NCBI GenBank assembly: GCA_035285805.1
Contig: JAYKJE010000021.1
Span: 12,267-76,266 of the forward strand
Direction of reading: 5' to 3'
Origin: a bacterium
GTDB taxonomy: Bacteria > Cyanobacteriota > Sericytochromatia > S15B-MN24 > UBA4093
Length of the DNA stretch: 64,000 nt
In this document: one piece after another, positions 30,578-39,692 of the stretch
Layout: every line of letters begins with the position of its first letter
Position numbering within the stretch: position 1 is the first letter of the stretch
Made by a program: the position numbers and the translations under genes
Notes under the pieces: generated by a model
Databases searched by the model: none
Told to the model about the DNA's origin: nothing
What the model saw: only the letters and a program-made list of their open reading frames with translations

Positions 30578-31558
30578 TCAGTCGATCGCCTGGCGCGCCC
30601 AGCGCGAGAAGCGCGAGATCCCCTCGCCGATGGACTCGAGACCACTGAGCGTGCCGCGAGCCGCGCTCCGCGGCAGTTCGACGGCCTGCCGACCGGCCCA
30701 CGTCGCGCCATCCACGACGGCGTGGCCCACGGCCGAGACTCCGTCACCGACGGCGCGAGCTCCGGTGGCCAGGGTGCGGCCGGTCCAGGCGATGCCATCG
30801 CCGACGGCATCTGTGGCGGCATCGAGGGCCCTGACGGCGGGAAGGGCGCGGATCTGGGCATCCGCCCGTGCGGCTTCCTCGTCACTGATGCGAGAGGCTT
30901 CGTGCTTCCACTCTCCCTTCGGATCCATCGGGAGGTCCCATATCCGGGAAATGGCGCGCTCTTTTGCTGCTGCCTTGATCGCGAGGATCTGTCCGACCAG
31001 CAGCGGAGGGAAGGCGATTCCTGCCGCCGCCTCGAGCCCGTCCACGCTCCGCTCGACCGTCCGCTCGACACGATCCTTCACGTACTCGCCCACGGTCGGA
31101 TAAGCGGGACGGGGGACGGGTACCGGGAGAGGACGGACCACGGGAGCCGGGAGAGGACCGACCACGGGAGCCGGCGGGCGATTGACAGGAGCGGGGGGGC
31201 TGGCGGGCTGCTCGGGTCTGACGGGAGCCGGGGCAGGTTTCACGGGCTTCGCCGGAGAGGTCGGGGTGGTCGACTGTCGAGCAGGCATCCGGAGGACAGT
31301 CCCCGGGAAGATGAGGTCGGGATCCTGGAACTTGTCGGGATTCAGGCGGGCGATCTCGCGCCAGCGGAGGGGGTCGCCGAGCGTCCGCTCGCTGATGTTC
31401 CAGAGGCTGTCCGTGCGGCGCACGACGTAGTAGCCGCCCAGTCGGGTCTGATCACCGGGAAGAGCCGCGGCAGGGGCGCCGGGAATCGACTTGCCGGGGG
31501 TCAGGTCCTGACGGGGGAAGCAGTTGATGAGTTTGGGCTCAAGGCGCTGGATCTGCAT
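30578..31558 (-). CDS. LysM domain-containing protein
   Basis: LysM motif YYVVRRTDSLWNISERTLGDPLRWREIARLNPDKFQDPDLIFPGTVL, a Pro-rich linker, and a C-terminal Gly/Ala repeat region. A GGGAGGAG ribosome-binding site precedes the internal ATG. Confidence 0.75.
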   Translation of the reverse strand: MQIQRLEPKLINCFPRQDLTPGKSIPGAPAAALPGDQTRLGGYYVVRRTDSLWNISERTLGDPLRWREIARLNPDKFQDPDLIFPGTVLRMPARQSTTPTSPAKPVKPAPAPVRPEQPASPPAPVNRPPAPVVGPLPAPVVRPLPVPVPRPAYPTVGEYVKDRVERTVERSVDGLEAAAGIAFPPLLVGQILAIKAAAKERAISRIWDLPMDPKGEWKHEASRISDEEAARADAQIRALPAVRALDAATDAVGDGIAWTGRTLATGARAVGDGVSAVGHAVVDGATWAGRQAVELPRSAARGTLSGLESIGEGISRFSRWARQAID

Positions 31559-31732
31559 GGCGGTCTCCTCCCGATGGGGTTTTGCTGGAGGGGTTATCGG
31601 GAGTCCGGGCCCGGAGTTGGTAAATCTCAACTTAAGATTGCGGTAATTGGAGGGATCCACGGGGCCGTGGTGGCTCGTAAGACAGCCCCCCGGGCGACTG
31701 CCCGGGGGGCTGGAAGGAAGGAGAACCGAGAC

Positions 31733-32911
31733 TCAGAGGCCGATCTGGCGCCCGATCACGAGACGCTGGATCTGGGACGTCCCCTCGCCGATCTCGCAGA
31801 GCTTGGAATCCCGCAGCATGCGCTCGACCGGGAACTCGCGCGTGTACCCGTAGCCGCCGAGGATCTGGACGGCATCGTTGGTGACGCGGCAGGAGACCTC
31901 GCTGGCATACAGCTTGGCCTGGGCGCCGAACAGGGTGTGCGGCAGACCGGCATCCTTCATCCGGGCGGCGTGGTAGACCATCAGGCGGGCCCCGTGGATC
32001 TCGGTGGCCGCATTGGCCAGCATGTGCCCGACGGCCTGGAACTTGCCGATCGTCTGCCCGAAGGCCTCGCGTTCCTTCGCATACGCCAGTGCCGCTTCGT
32101 AAGCGCCCGTCGCGATGCCCAGAGCGAGCGACGCGATCGAGATACGCCCTCCGTCGAGGGTCTTCATGGCCTGCTTGAAGCCCGTACCTTCCTCACCGAT
32201 GAGGCACGAGGCCGGAATACGACAGTTTCGGAACGAGAGAGCGGTCGTGGGCGAACCCCGCATGCCCATCTTGCGCTCGTGCTTGTCGACCGAGAAACCG
32301 GGCGTGTCGGTCGGGACGATGAAGCTGGAGATGCCCTTGTTGCCGAGCGCCTTGTCGGTCATGGCCATGACGATGACGAACTTCGCATGCGAGGCATTGG
32401 TGATGAAGTTCTTGGCGCCGTTGAGCACGTAATGGTCACCGTCCCGGACGGCCACCGTCTCCTGACGGGCCGAATCGGAACCAGCCTGCGGCTCGGTCAG
32501 GGCCCAGGCTCCCATGTACTCACCGCGAGCGACGAAGGGGAGCCACTGCTGCTTCTGCTCCTCGGTTCCGAAGTAGACCAGGGGCATCGAACCGAGCGAC
32601 ATGTGTGCGGCGAACGAGAGCGCGGTGGATCCGCACGCACGGGCCAGTTCCTCGACGATGATCGCGTAGCTCTGGGTGTCTCCCCCCGCTCCACCGTAGG
32701 CTTCCGGTACGGTGATGCCCATCAGTCCAAGTTCGGCGAGTTTCTTGAAGGTCTCGGCCGGAAAGCGCTCCTGCTCGTCCACCTCGGCGGCGATGGGCGC
32801 GACCTCGCGGGCGACGAACTCCCGCATCGTGGCCTGGAGAGCCAGATGCTCCTCGCTGAGACCGTAGGGATTGCTGGCGCTCAAACCGGACTGGACAAGG
32901 GTGGTGGCCAT
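31733..32911 (-). CDS. acyl-CoA dehydrogenase
   Basis: Full-length canonical ACAD (WALTEPQAGSD, GYGYTREFPVERMLRDSKLCEIGEGTSQIQ with the catalytic Glu). A GAGAGGA ribosome-binding site is present. Confidence 0.9.
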   Translation of the reverse strand: MATTLVQSGLSASNPYGLSEEHLALQATMREFVAREVAPIAAEVDEQERFPAETFKKLAELGLMGITVPEAYGGAGGDTQSYAIIVEELARACGSTALSFAAHMSLGSMPLVYFGTEEQKQQWLPFVARGEYMGAWALTEPQAGSDSARQETVAVRDGDHYVLNGAKNFITNASHAKFVIVMAMTDKALGNKGISSFIVPTDTPGFSVDKHERKMGMRGSPTTALSFRNCRIPASCLIGEEGTGFKQAMKTLDGGRISIASLALGIATGAYEAALAYAKEREAFGQTIGKFQAVGHMLANAATEIHGARLMVYHAARMKDAGLPHTLFGAQAKLYASEVSCRVTNDAVQILGGYGYTREFPVERMLRDSKLCEIGEGTSQIQRLVIGRQIGL

Positions 32912-33014
32912 GGTGTTCCTCTCTGAACCTAGCCTGACCGCGGGCGTCGCGATTCTGGGTGACCGTTCATTATAAGGAACCGGTGGGAACGGAAGCAAGA
33001 AAACGTGGGGCCCG

Positions 33015-33833
33015 TCAGAGGTGGAGCTGGAGCCGGACCTGTTCTCCCGTGCGGTGGAATCCGAACTGCTCGTAGAGCCGGATGGCGGCCTCGTTGTCCG
33101 TCAGGACGAACAGGTCGATCCGACGGATGTTCCGGCGATGGGCCTCGTTCAGTGCATCCCGGACGAGCACGGTGGCCAGGCCACGACGTTGGTAGGTCGG
33201 ATCGATGGCCAGTCCATCGAACAGGCCACTGGGCTGCTGCAGGCGCAGATGGGTGAAGCCTGCGATCGCCCCGTCGATCTCCAGGACCCGGGTCTCGACG
33301 CGGGCCAGCCAGTCCCGGTAGGCCGTCTCGCTGAGCCACCAGTTCTCGGCAGACGTCAGGCGGTGGATCCGGAAGATGGACTCGAAATCCCCTGGCGCGT
33401 AAGGCCGGATCCGCGAGTCCTCCGGATGTGCTTCGAGATGTTCCAGGCAGTACGTGGCCATCGTTTCGTGGATCACGAAGCCCAGGCTCTCCCAGAGCCT
33501 TGCGTCGGCCAGTCCTCCGGCCCAGATCTCGAGGTGGTCAAGCCCCGATGCCACGAGTGAAGGGCGAAAGGTCTTCCACGCCTCGGGTAGTTCACGTGAG
33601 AGCGTGGCGGGGTCGGCAGCAGCGTAGTGGAGAAATCCCTTGGGCTCGACCCGCGTGTGCTCGGCGTGGAGCAGCAGCGCTTCGGAGAGTCGCGTCAGTT
33701 CGGGCAGGTCACGCACCTGCCCGTAGACGTGTCTCGAGAAGTTGTCGAAGGACCGCCGTGCGGAGTGCACGGGCCAGTCGGCCACAACTGCGAGCCAGGT
33801 CGGGGATTCAGGTTGCGCGGGCGCCGGTTGCAT
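33015..33833 (-). CDS. GNAT family N-acetyltransferase (C-terminal GNAT domain; N-terminal domain unknown)
   Basis: Acetyl-CoA-binding motif QRRGLATVLVRDALNEA and LYEQFGFHRTG. The start is uncertain; candidates are GTG 33884, ATG 33866 and ATG 33833. Confidence 0.6.
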   Translation of the reverse strand: MQPAPAQPESPTWLAVVADWPVHSARRSFDNFSRHVYGQVRDLPELTRLSEALLLHAEHTRVEPKGFLHYAAADPATLSRELPEAWKTFRPSLVASGLDHLEIWAGGLADARLWESLGFVIHETMATYCLEHLEAHPEDSRIRPYAPGDFESIFRIHRLTSAENWWLSETAYRDWLARVETRVLEIDGAIAGFTHLRLQQPSGLFDGLAIDPTYQRRGLATVLVRDALNEAHRRNIRRIDLFVLTDNEAAIRLYEQFGFHRTGEQVRLQLHL

Positions 33834-33922
33834 GGGAACTCCACACGGCTGACGTTCCGACGTCATCTTACCCCGTGTATCCACACCTTTTCACGAGGTG
33901 GGCGCGGAAAGTCTGCGGCAGT

Positions 33923-34612
33923 CTAGAAATCGCGTGCCAGCGACTCGAGGCCAGGGTCCACCTGGGCCAGAGCATACCAGAACCCGGAAAGGGCCAGAGG
34001 TGAGCCGGGGTCTTCGGTCGGCACGTAGGACGGCGCGAGTGCCTTGCGCACCGAGGGTGGTGTGTCCGCGCCCAGCACGCCGCGGAGTGCGAGCACGCTG
34101 CGTTCGAGCCTTCCTGCGCGTTCGAGCGAGGCCAGGTAGCCCAGGTAAAATTGCGGCTCGAATCTCATCGCCGGGATGGCGATCCGGAAGGATTCGGCAG
34201 CTTCGGGGAATCGATGGAGGCCGAAGTAGCACACGCCCCGGTGATAGTAGATCTCGGCCATCAGGGGCCCGATGTCCTCCACCTCGAGAACCTTGCCGGC
34301 CATCCCGCAATGGACCGCCGCATCGTAATCTCGGACGGCTTCCTCGAACAGCCGCGACTCGAAGCTCATATGCCCGTCCTTGACGAGCTGGAGAAACTGC
34401 CGACCACCATCCGTCACGGGGGAGAACTTCGGTACGACGATGCGCGATGGCGGGACCGAACGGGCATTGGTGAGCGGGAACTTGCACTTCCCGCAACCCG
34501 GACGAGGCTTGCCGTGACGCAACCTGTTCTTGGTCTTGCAGTTGTCGCAGGCCACGATCTCCTGGAGCCACTTGAATTCCCAGGGACCGGCCAGCGGATT
34601 TCCCGTCGTCAT
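33923..34612 (-). CDS. zinc-ribbon plus TPR repeat protein
   Basis: N-terminal CDNCKTKNRL...CGKCKF resembles the Trx2-type zinc finger. It is followed by TPR-like helices. Its ATG overlaps the comEC stop. Confidence 0.6.
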   Translation of the reverse strand: MTTGNPLAGPWEFKWLQEIVACDNCKTKNRLRHGKPRPGCGKCKFPLTNARSVPPSRIVVPKFSPVTDGGRQFLQLVKDGHMSFESRLFEEAVRDYDAAVHCGMAGKVLEVEDIGPLMAEIYYHRGVCYFGLHRFPEAAESFRIAIPAMRFEPQFYLGYLASLERAGRLERSVLALRGVLGADTPPSVRKALAPSYVPTEDPGSPLALSGFWYALAQVDPGLESLARDF

Positions 34613-36636
34613 CCGGACCGCCTCTCGAGCCTTTCATTCGCCAATCTAGCACGAGACCTGGCCAGGCGGACCGTGATGGACTCCACGTTCGTGTCATCCG
34701 GGATTCTCACGACCCGCTCCATCTCACCGTCCAGTCGTAGCACCAGGCGCCACCTGTCGGTGGAAGTCGTGACCAGTCGCGCCTCCCCCCCGGGCAGAGC
34801 AGGCAGCAACCGAGGGTCTCGCTCCACGGGAACCTCGCGAAGGAGGGCGAGCGCCAGCCATCGCGCATGAGACGGGCATTGCGAGGTCCACCCTCCTTCG
34901 AACGCCCGACCCACGGGGAAGGCCTCGAGCACGCTCGCGAGACCGCCCCCCTCTCCCCCGAGTCGGACGACGGCCACGATCTCCCGGACGTCCAGGCGAC
35001 GGAGCAGGCGAACCATCCGTGTTCCTGCCCGGCTGTCCCGGGTTCCGTCGACCACCCAGGCACGGTGCCCTGGCAGGACGATCGCCATGGCTGGCCCGCG
35101 CTGACCATCCAGGATGTGGAGCCGGGGATGGCGGTGGAAGTCGGGCCAGGGAAGGCCACATGCCAGGATGGTCAGCAGACCGCCCAGCGCCGCCATCGGA
35201 CGCCTCGCGGCAACGCTTCGCCAGACCAGGGCGAGGGTCAGCGTCTCCAGGCAGGTGAGCCAGAAGGGCGGCACGTGGAACGGCACGCTCGCGCCGGGCC
35301 ATTCCTGTATCCGGGTGACGCCTTCAAGTAGCACGTGAGCAGCGCCCTCGAGGGGCGCGGCCAGCCACGGCAGGAACGTGGCGCCTGAGCCCGTGGCCTG
35401 CCAGACCATCGCGCCCACCAGCCAGCTTGCGGTGAGGAGGGTCAGGACCTCCACGACGAGAGCCACCGGGATCCCGATCAGGGGGCCGAGAGGGCTCCAG
35501 GTGCCCGAAAGGAACACCTGCAGGGGGAAAACGGCCGAGACCGGGGCCAGGGACGTGATCAGGAAAGCGGCAGGGCCACCAGGTGCCCACCTCAGCCCCT
35601 CGATCGCGCGTGGAGCCCAGTGGCAAAGTGACCATGTGGCGAGCGCGCTGAACTGGAAGCCCAGGTCCTGGACCCAAGCAGGCTCGAAGACGAGCATCCC
35701 GATCAAGGTCCACGTGAGCGCAAAGCCCCGTCCGTGGTGACGCTCGAGGGCCCAGGCCAGCAACTGGGCCTCGCCCATCACCGTGGCCCGGATCACGGCG
35801 GGGCTGGCACCCGTCATCAGTGCATAGAGTCCCAGGACGAGGCCGATGGCCCCTGCGGCCGGCCCACGCGGCAGGCGCAAGAGCCGCGCCAGAGCCTGCA
35901 GGCATCCGGTGATCAGGGTGACCTGCGTGCCAGAGACCGCGAGCACGTGTGACAGCCCCAGCACACGGAAGGCCTCGACCGTGCCGGTGTCGAGCCGGGT
36001 GCCGGCCGTGCCCAGGAGCAGGCTCGCCAGGAATTCCCCTCCGGTCCCCGGCATGGCCGCGGCGATCGCCCGCCGGCAGCCGCGTGCGAGCCCCTCGGCC
36101 CACCTTCCCGGTCCCGCGGGGGCTCGCGACAGGACGGCGACGTGAGCAACCCGGAACCGCAGAGTGATCCCGGCCCGTTGCCAGCCGGGTCGCCGGTCAT
36201 GATCGGCCTCGTCTCGCGGGGGCGGCAGCCGTTCGAGGGTCCCGGTGAGGCGAACCCGCGAGCCTTGACCCGGCAGCGGGCGAGAACTCGCCAGCAAGAG
36301 CTTGCCAATCCGGAGCGGTCGGCCCGCGTGCTCGAGTCGCACCCGGGTCAGGTGGCGCTCCCAGGGACCCGGTCCCGCCGTCACCTGGCCGACCACCTCG
36401 ACCACGCCACGGGGCCAATCCCCGGGGGTGGGCCAGACCAGGTGTCGCGTCGCCAGCCAGGCGGACATCCCTATCAGCGCCAGGCCGGCCTGACGGAGGC
36501 CTGGACGGAACGCCCGCCGGCGCTGGAGACCCCACCCTGTCAGGGTTGCCACGGCCAGGATCCAGCCGGATGCCAGCCCCAGGCTCTCGAGGACCAGGGC
36601 GGCGAGCAGGCCGACCAGGAGGGCCCCGGGGTTCAA
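34609..36636 (-). CDS. comEC: DNA internalization competence protein ComEC/Rec2
   Basis: Polytopic competence domain (LGLSHVLAVSGTQVTLI). It lies downstream of comEA. Confidence 0.8.
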   Translation of the reverse strand: MNPGALLVGLLAALVLESLGLASGWILAVATLTGWGLQRRRAFRPGLRQAGLALIGMSAWLATRHLVWPTPGDWPRGVVEVVGQVTAGPGPWERHLTRVRLEHAGRPLRIGKLLLASSRPLPGQGSRVRLTGTLERLPPPRDEADHDRRPGWQRAGITLRFRVAHVAVLSRAPAGPGRWAEGLARGCRRAIAAAMPGTGGEFLASLLLGTAGTRLDTGTVEAFRVLGLSHVLAVSGTQVTLITGCLQALARLLRLPRGPAAGAIGLVLGLYALMTGASPAVIRATVMGEAQLLAWALERHHGRGFALTWTLIGMLVFEPAWVQDLGFQFSALATWSLCHWAPRAIEGLRWAPGGPAAFLITSLAPVSAVFPLQVFLSGTWSPLGPLIGIPVALVVEVLTLLTASWLVGAMVWQATGSGATFLPWLAAPLEGAAHVLLEGVTRIQEWPGASVPFHVPPFWLTCLETLTLALVWRSVAARRPMAALGGLLTILACGLPWPDFHRHPRLHILDGQRGPAMAIVLPGHRAWVVDGTRDSRAGTRMVRLLRRLDVREIVAVVRLGGEGGGLASVLEAFPVGRAFEGGWTSQCPSHARWLALALLREVPVERDPRLLPALPGGEARLVTTSTDRWRLVLRLDGEMERVVRIPDDTNVESITVRLARSRARLANERLERRSG

Positions 36637-37217
36637 GGGTCTAGCAGGGGACGAAGCCGCTCGATCCGCCTGGGCCCCAGGCCACGGATGTCGTCCAGGT
36701 CATCGATGGAGCGGAGACCGTGGCGGCTCTCCCGCAGGGCCACGATCTGGGCGGCGATGCGCGGTCCGATCCCCGGCAGGGTATCGAGCTGGGCGGCCGT
36801 TGCCGAGTTGAGGGACAGCCGGATCCTCCCCTTCCCCCGGGCCGTCCCGGCTTTCGACGGGCCACGCCGCTTGTGCTGGCGCCGAGGCTCGGGTGTCCGG
36901 GGCCTCGTCTCGAGTCTGGATACGTGCAGCGTCTCACCATCCACGAGGAGGCGGGCGAGTTGCACGGTGGCGAGGTCGGCATCCGCAAGCGGCCCCCCTG
37001 CCCTGCGCAGGGCCTCGAACCCCCGGCTACCCGATTCCAGGGTGTAGATGCCCGGTCGCCTGACCTGCCCGCGCACCTCGACGACCATCCGGGATTCGAG
37101 CTGGACCGGGCTCCCCCGCGCGATGGAGGGCCACAGTGCGAGCAGCAGGCTCACCAGGAGCACCCGCCTCCGGGCAGACCGGAATGCCTCCCGGTATGGA
37201 CGCGGCGCGAAGGACAT
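36633..37217 (-). CDS. comEA: competence protein ComEA (SLBB plus helix-hairpin-helix)
   Basis: C-terminal HhH LNSATAAQLDTLPGIGPRIAAQIVALR. The alternative upstream start at 37262 lies inside an AT-rich tract. Confidence 0.75.
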   Translation of the reverse strand: MSFAPRPYREAFRSARRRVLLVSLLLALWPSIARGSPVQLESRMVVEVRGQVRRPGIYTLESGSRGFEALRRAGGPLADADLATVQLARLLVDGETLHVSRLETRPRTPEPRRQHKRRGPSKAGTARGKGRIRLSLNSATAAQLDTLPGIGPRIAAQIVALRESRHGLRSIDDLDDIRGLGPRRIERLRPLLDP

Positions 37218-37459
37218 GGGGAGGTGCCGTCGGCGGAAGATGGATGTTTTGATCATGATCATATTATATCATAAAAATAGAAAAGGATGTCGACGCATCA
37301 GGGGTGTGGTACCATGCGTCCGGTCACGCACGCGGTGCGCCGAGCCCCTTCGGGCTCACACGCACTGCGCGAGTGTTCCAGACGCTCATCCACGGTGTGG
37401 ACTCAGGCAGTCCGCATCCGTCCGTCCGGTCCCGTTCCGGCCCACCAGGAGGCTCGTTC

Positions 37460-37912
37460 ATGTCCGAAACGCTCACGCTGCGTCGCCAGGTCGTCATCAA
37501 GACGATCGTGACGGAGGCCTTCAAGCAGCAGAACACGGCTCAGATCCAGGCCACGCTGCAGAACCTCGATCTCCAGCTCCAGCAACTCGAGTTCCAGGGC
37601 AAGCGTGCCATCGCCGACCTCGAGAAGCGGACCATCGCGACGCCGTCAGGCCCGTCCCAGCAGGTGCTCGAGCTCCGGGCCCAGATCGATCAGGACCGTA
37701 GCCAGCTCGTCAACGCCAAGAACGAGATGCTCCAGCGTCTCCAGATGCTCTCCCAGATCGAGGTCGGCAACGAGGTGATCGAGGCCCAGACCGAGACGCT
37801 GGTCGATGTCGCCATCGGTGACCACATCGTGAAGCTGCTCCCGATCGAGCTCGTCACCAAGGACGGGGTCGTCGTCGAGATCCGCAAGCCTCAGCTGGTC
37901 GCGCAGGCATGA
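37460..37912 (+). CDS. YlqD-like protein
   Basis: Similarity to Bacillus YlqD (coiled N-terminal half, VDVAIGD...IVKLLP motif). Conserved position upstream of rimM-trmD. A CAGGAGG ribosome-binding site is present. Confidence 0.6.
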   Translation: MSETLTLRRQVVIKTIVTEAFKQQNTAQIQATLQNLDLQLQQLEFQGKRAIADLEKRTIATPSGPSQQVLELRAQIDQDRSQLVNAKNEMLQRLQMLSQIEVGNEVIEAQTETLVDVAIGDHIVKLLPIELVTKDGVVVEIRKPQLVAQA

Positions 37913-38442
37913 CCGAGGACCTTGAACGCCTCGTGGAAGTGGGGCGCATCCTCAAGCCCCACGGCGTGCGCGGCGAACTCAAGGTCCTGATGCACGGTGC
38001 CGACGTCGAGCGCTTCCGTCACTACCGGCAACTCACCTGCCGGCTGGCGACGGGTCAAGAGATGCTGCTCGACGTCGCGTCCGTGCGGCCCGTCGGGGAC
38101 GACCAGGCCCTGGTCCGGTTCACGCAGTTCGTTGCCCCGGAGCCCGCTCAGGTCCTGCGGGAGGCCGCACTATTCGTTCCCCGCTCCCAGTGCCCTCCGC
38201 TCGAGGACGACGAGGTCTACTTCGCCGACGTCGTCGGGATGGGGGTTCTCCTCGAGAGCACCGGCTTGCGCATCGGGAGCGTCGTCTCGATCGTCACGGG
38301 GCCTGGCCAGGACTGGCTCGAGGTGGCCCTTGACGGGGATCGCACCGTGCTGGTGCCGTGGGTCGAGGAGATCGTCGTCGACATCGACGAAGATGAACAC
38401 GTGGTCCGGATCGACCCGCCCGAGGGATTGCTGGAACTTTAG
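37909..38442 (+). CDS. rimM: ribosome maturation factor RimM
   Basis: RimM N-terminus [15 protein letters not shown] and PRC barrel. Confidence 0.85.
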   Translation: MTEDLERLVEVGRILKPHGVRGELKVLMHGADVERFRHYRQLTCRLATGQEMLLDVASVRPVGDDQALVRFTQFVAPEPAQVLREAALFVPRSQCPPLEDDEVYFADVVGMGVLLESTGLRIGSVVSIVTGPGQDWLEVALDGDRTVLVPWVEEIVVDIDEDEHVVRIDPPEGLLEL

Positions 38443-38443
38443 G

Positions 38444-39184
38444 ATGCGGATCGACGTCATCACCCTCTTCCCCCCGATGGTCGAGGGCGTCCTCGGCGCC
38501 AGCATGATGAAACGCGCGGACGAGCGGGAACTTGTCCGGTTTCACGTGCATGACCTGCGAGATCAGGCGTCGGATCGGCATCGCACGGCAGACGATCGGC
38601 CTTTCGGGGGCGGCGCCGGCATGGTCATCAAGCCCGAGATCGTGTTCTCGGCAGTCGAGGCGCTGCCGCTAGACCCAGGGGCGCGCATCATCATGACCTG
38701 TCCCCAGGGAACGGTCTTCCGGCAACGCCATGCCGAGGAACTCGCCGCTGCGTCGCATCTGGTTTTCCTGTGCGGTCATTACGAGGGTTTCGACGAGCGC
38801 GTCCGTGAGCACCTGGTCACCGATGTTTACAGCATCGGCGATTACGTGCTCACGAACGGGGAACTGCCCGCCCTCGTGATGATCGATGCGATCGTCCGAC
38901 TGCTCCCCGGTGTCGTGGGCAAGGAACAGTCCACGCGCGAGGACTCGTTCTCGACAGGCCTGCTTGATCATCCTCACTACACCCGTCCCGTCTCGTTCCG
39001 GGGCTGGGAGGTGCCCGATATCCTGCGCTCCGGGGACCATGCCCGCATCCAGGCCTGGCGCCGCGAGCAGGCGCTGCGGCGGACCCTGGCGCTCCGTCCG
39101 GACCTGCTCGAGCACGCGCCGCTCGATCGACGCGATCGCCAGTTTCTGGCCTCGCTTGGCTGGATGCCGCCTCCCATCGCTTGA
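38444..39184 (+). CDS. trmD: tRNA (guanine37-N1)-methyltransferase TrmD
   Basis: [10 protein letters not shown]...[17 protein letters not shown] motifs. The ATG follows the rimM stop. Confidence 0.9.
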   Translation: MRIDVITLFPPMVEGVLGASMMKRADERELVRFHVHDLRDQASDRHRTADDRPFGGGAGMVIKPEIVFSAVEALPLDPGARIIMTCPQGTVFRQRHAEELAAASHLVFLCGHYEGFDERVREHLVTDVYSIGDYVLTNGELPALVMIDAIVRLLPGVVGKEQSTREDSFSTGLLDHPHYTRPVSFRGWEVPDILRSGDHARIQAWRREQALRRTLALRPDLLEHAPLDRRDRQFLASLGWMPPPIA

Positions 39185-39261
39185 GGCCCGGCCGGCCGTT
39201 ACCCTGACCGTCGCCGGGGTAAGGGTAGTGTGGTATGTCTTCCCATCCCCGGAGGTAGCCC

Positions 39262-39687
39262 GTGTCCCGGTTGAACCAGATTCTCACGCGCTTCGTCGTC
39301 ACCGAGGAAGGCATCGGTCGCATCCAGCAGCTGCTGCATGAACTCGTGAAGGACGTGGATGCCTCCGCTGCCCTCCTCGTTGAGAAGAGCGGTCAGATGG
39401 TCACCTCTCAGGGTGACGTCACGGCCCTCGACACCCAGGCGATCGCGAGCCTCGTCGGGGGAGCCTTCGCCTCCACCCGGGCCATGGCGCGGCTGATCGG
39501 CGAGCAGGAATTCCAGTCGATGTTCCAGCAGGGTGACAGTGCGTCCATCTTCATGTCCGCGCTCGAATCCAATGACATCCTGGTCGTCATCTTCTCTGAC
39601 GAGAGCAAGACCGGCCTGGTGAAGGTCCAGGCGCAGCAGACGGCGATGGCACTTTCCGCCGAGATCGCCCAGATGCAGGCTCCCTGA
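39262..39687 (+). CDS. Roadblock/LC7 (MglB-like) domain protein
   Basis: ~140 aa with a Roadblock-type sequence (ALLVEKSGQMVTSQGDV...ILVVIFSDES). GTG start after a GGAGGT ribosome-binding site. Confidence 0.7.
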   Translation: MSRLNQILTRFVVTEEGIGRIQQLLHELVKDVDASAALLVEKSGQMVTSQGDVTALDTQAIASLVGGAFASTRAMARLIGEQEFQSMFQQGDSASIFMSALESNDILVVIFSDESKTGLVKVQAQQTAMALSAEIAQMQAP

Positions 39688-39692
39688 CGATC

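Noticed and set aside
31683-31712. CCCCCCGGGC-gact-GCCCGGGGGG hairpin between the ACAD and LysM genes
   Set aside because: It is a strong stem but has no U-tract on either strand. It may still act as a terminator for the minus-strand ACAD gene. I did not call it a feature for lack of a canonical tail.
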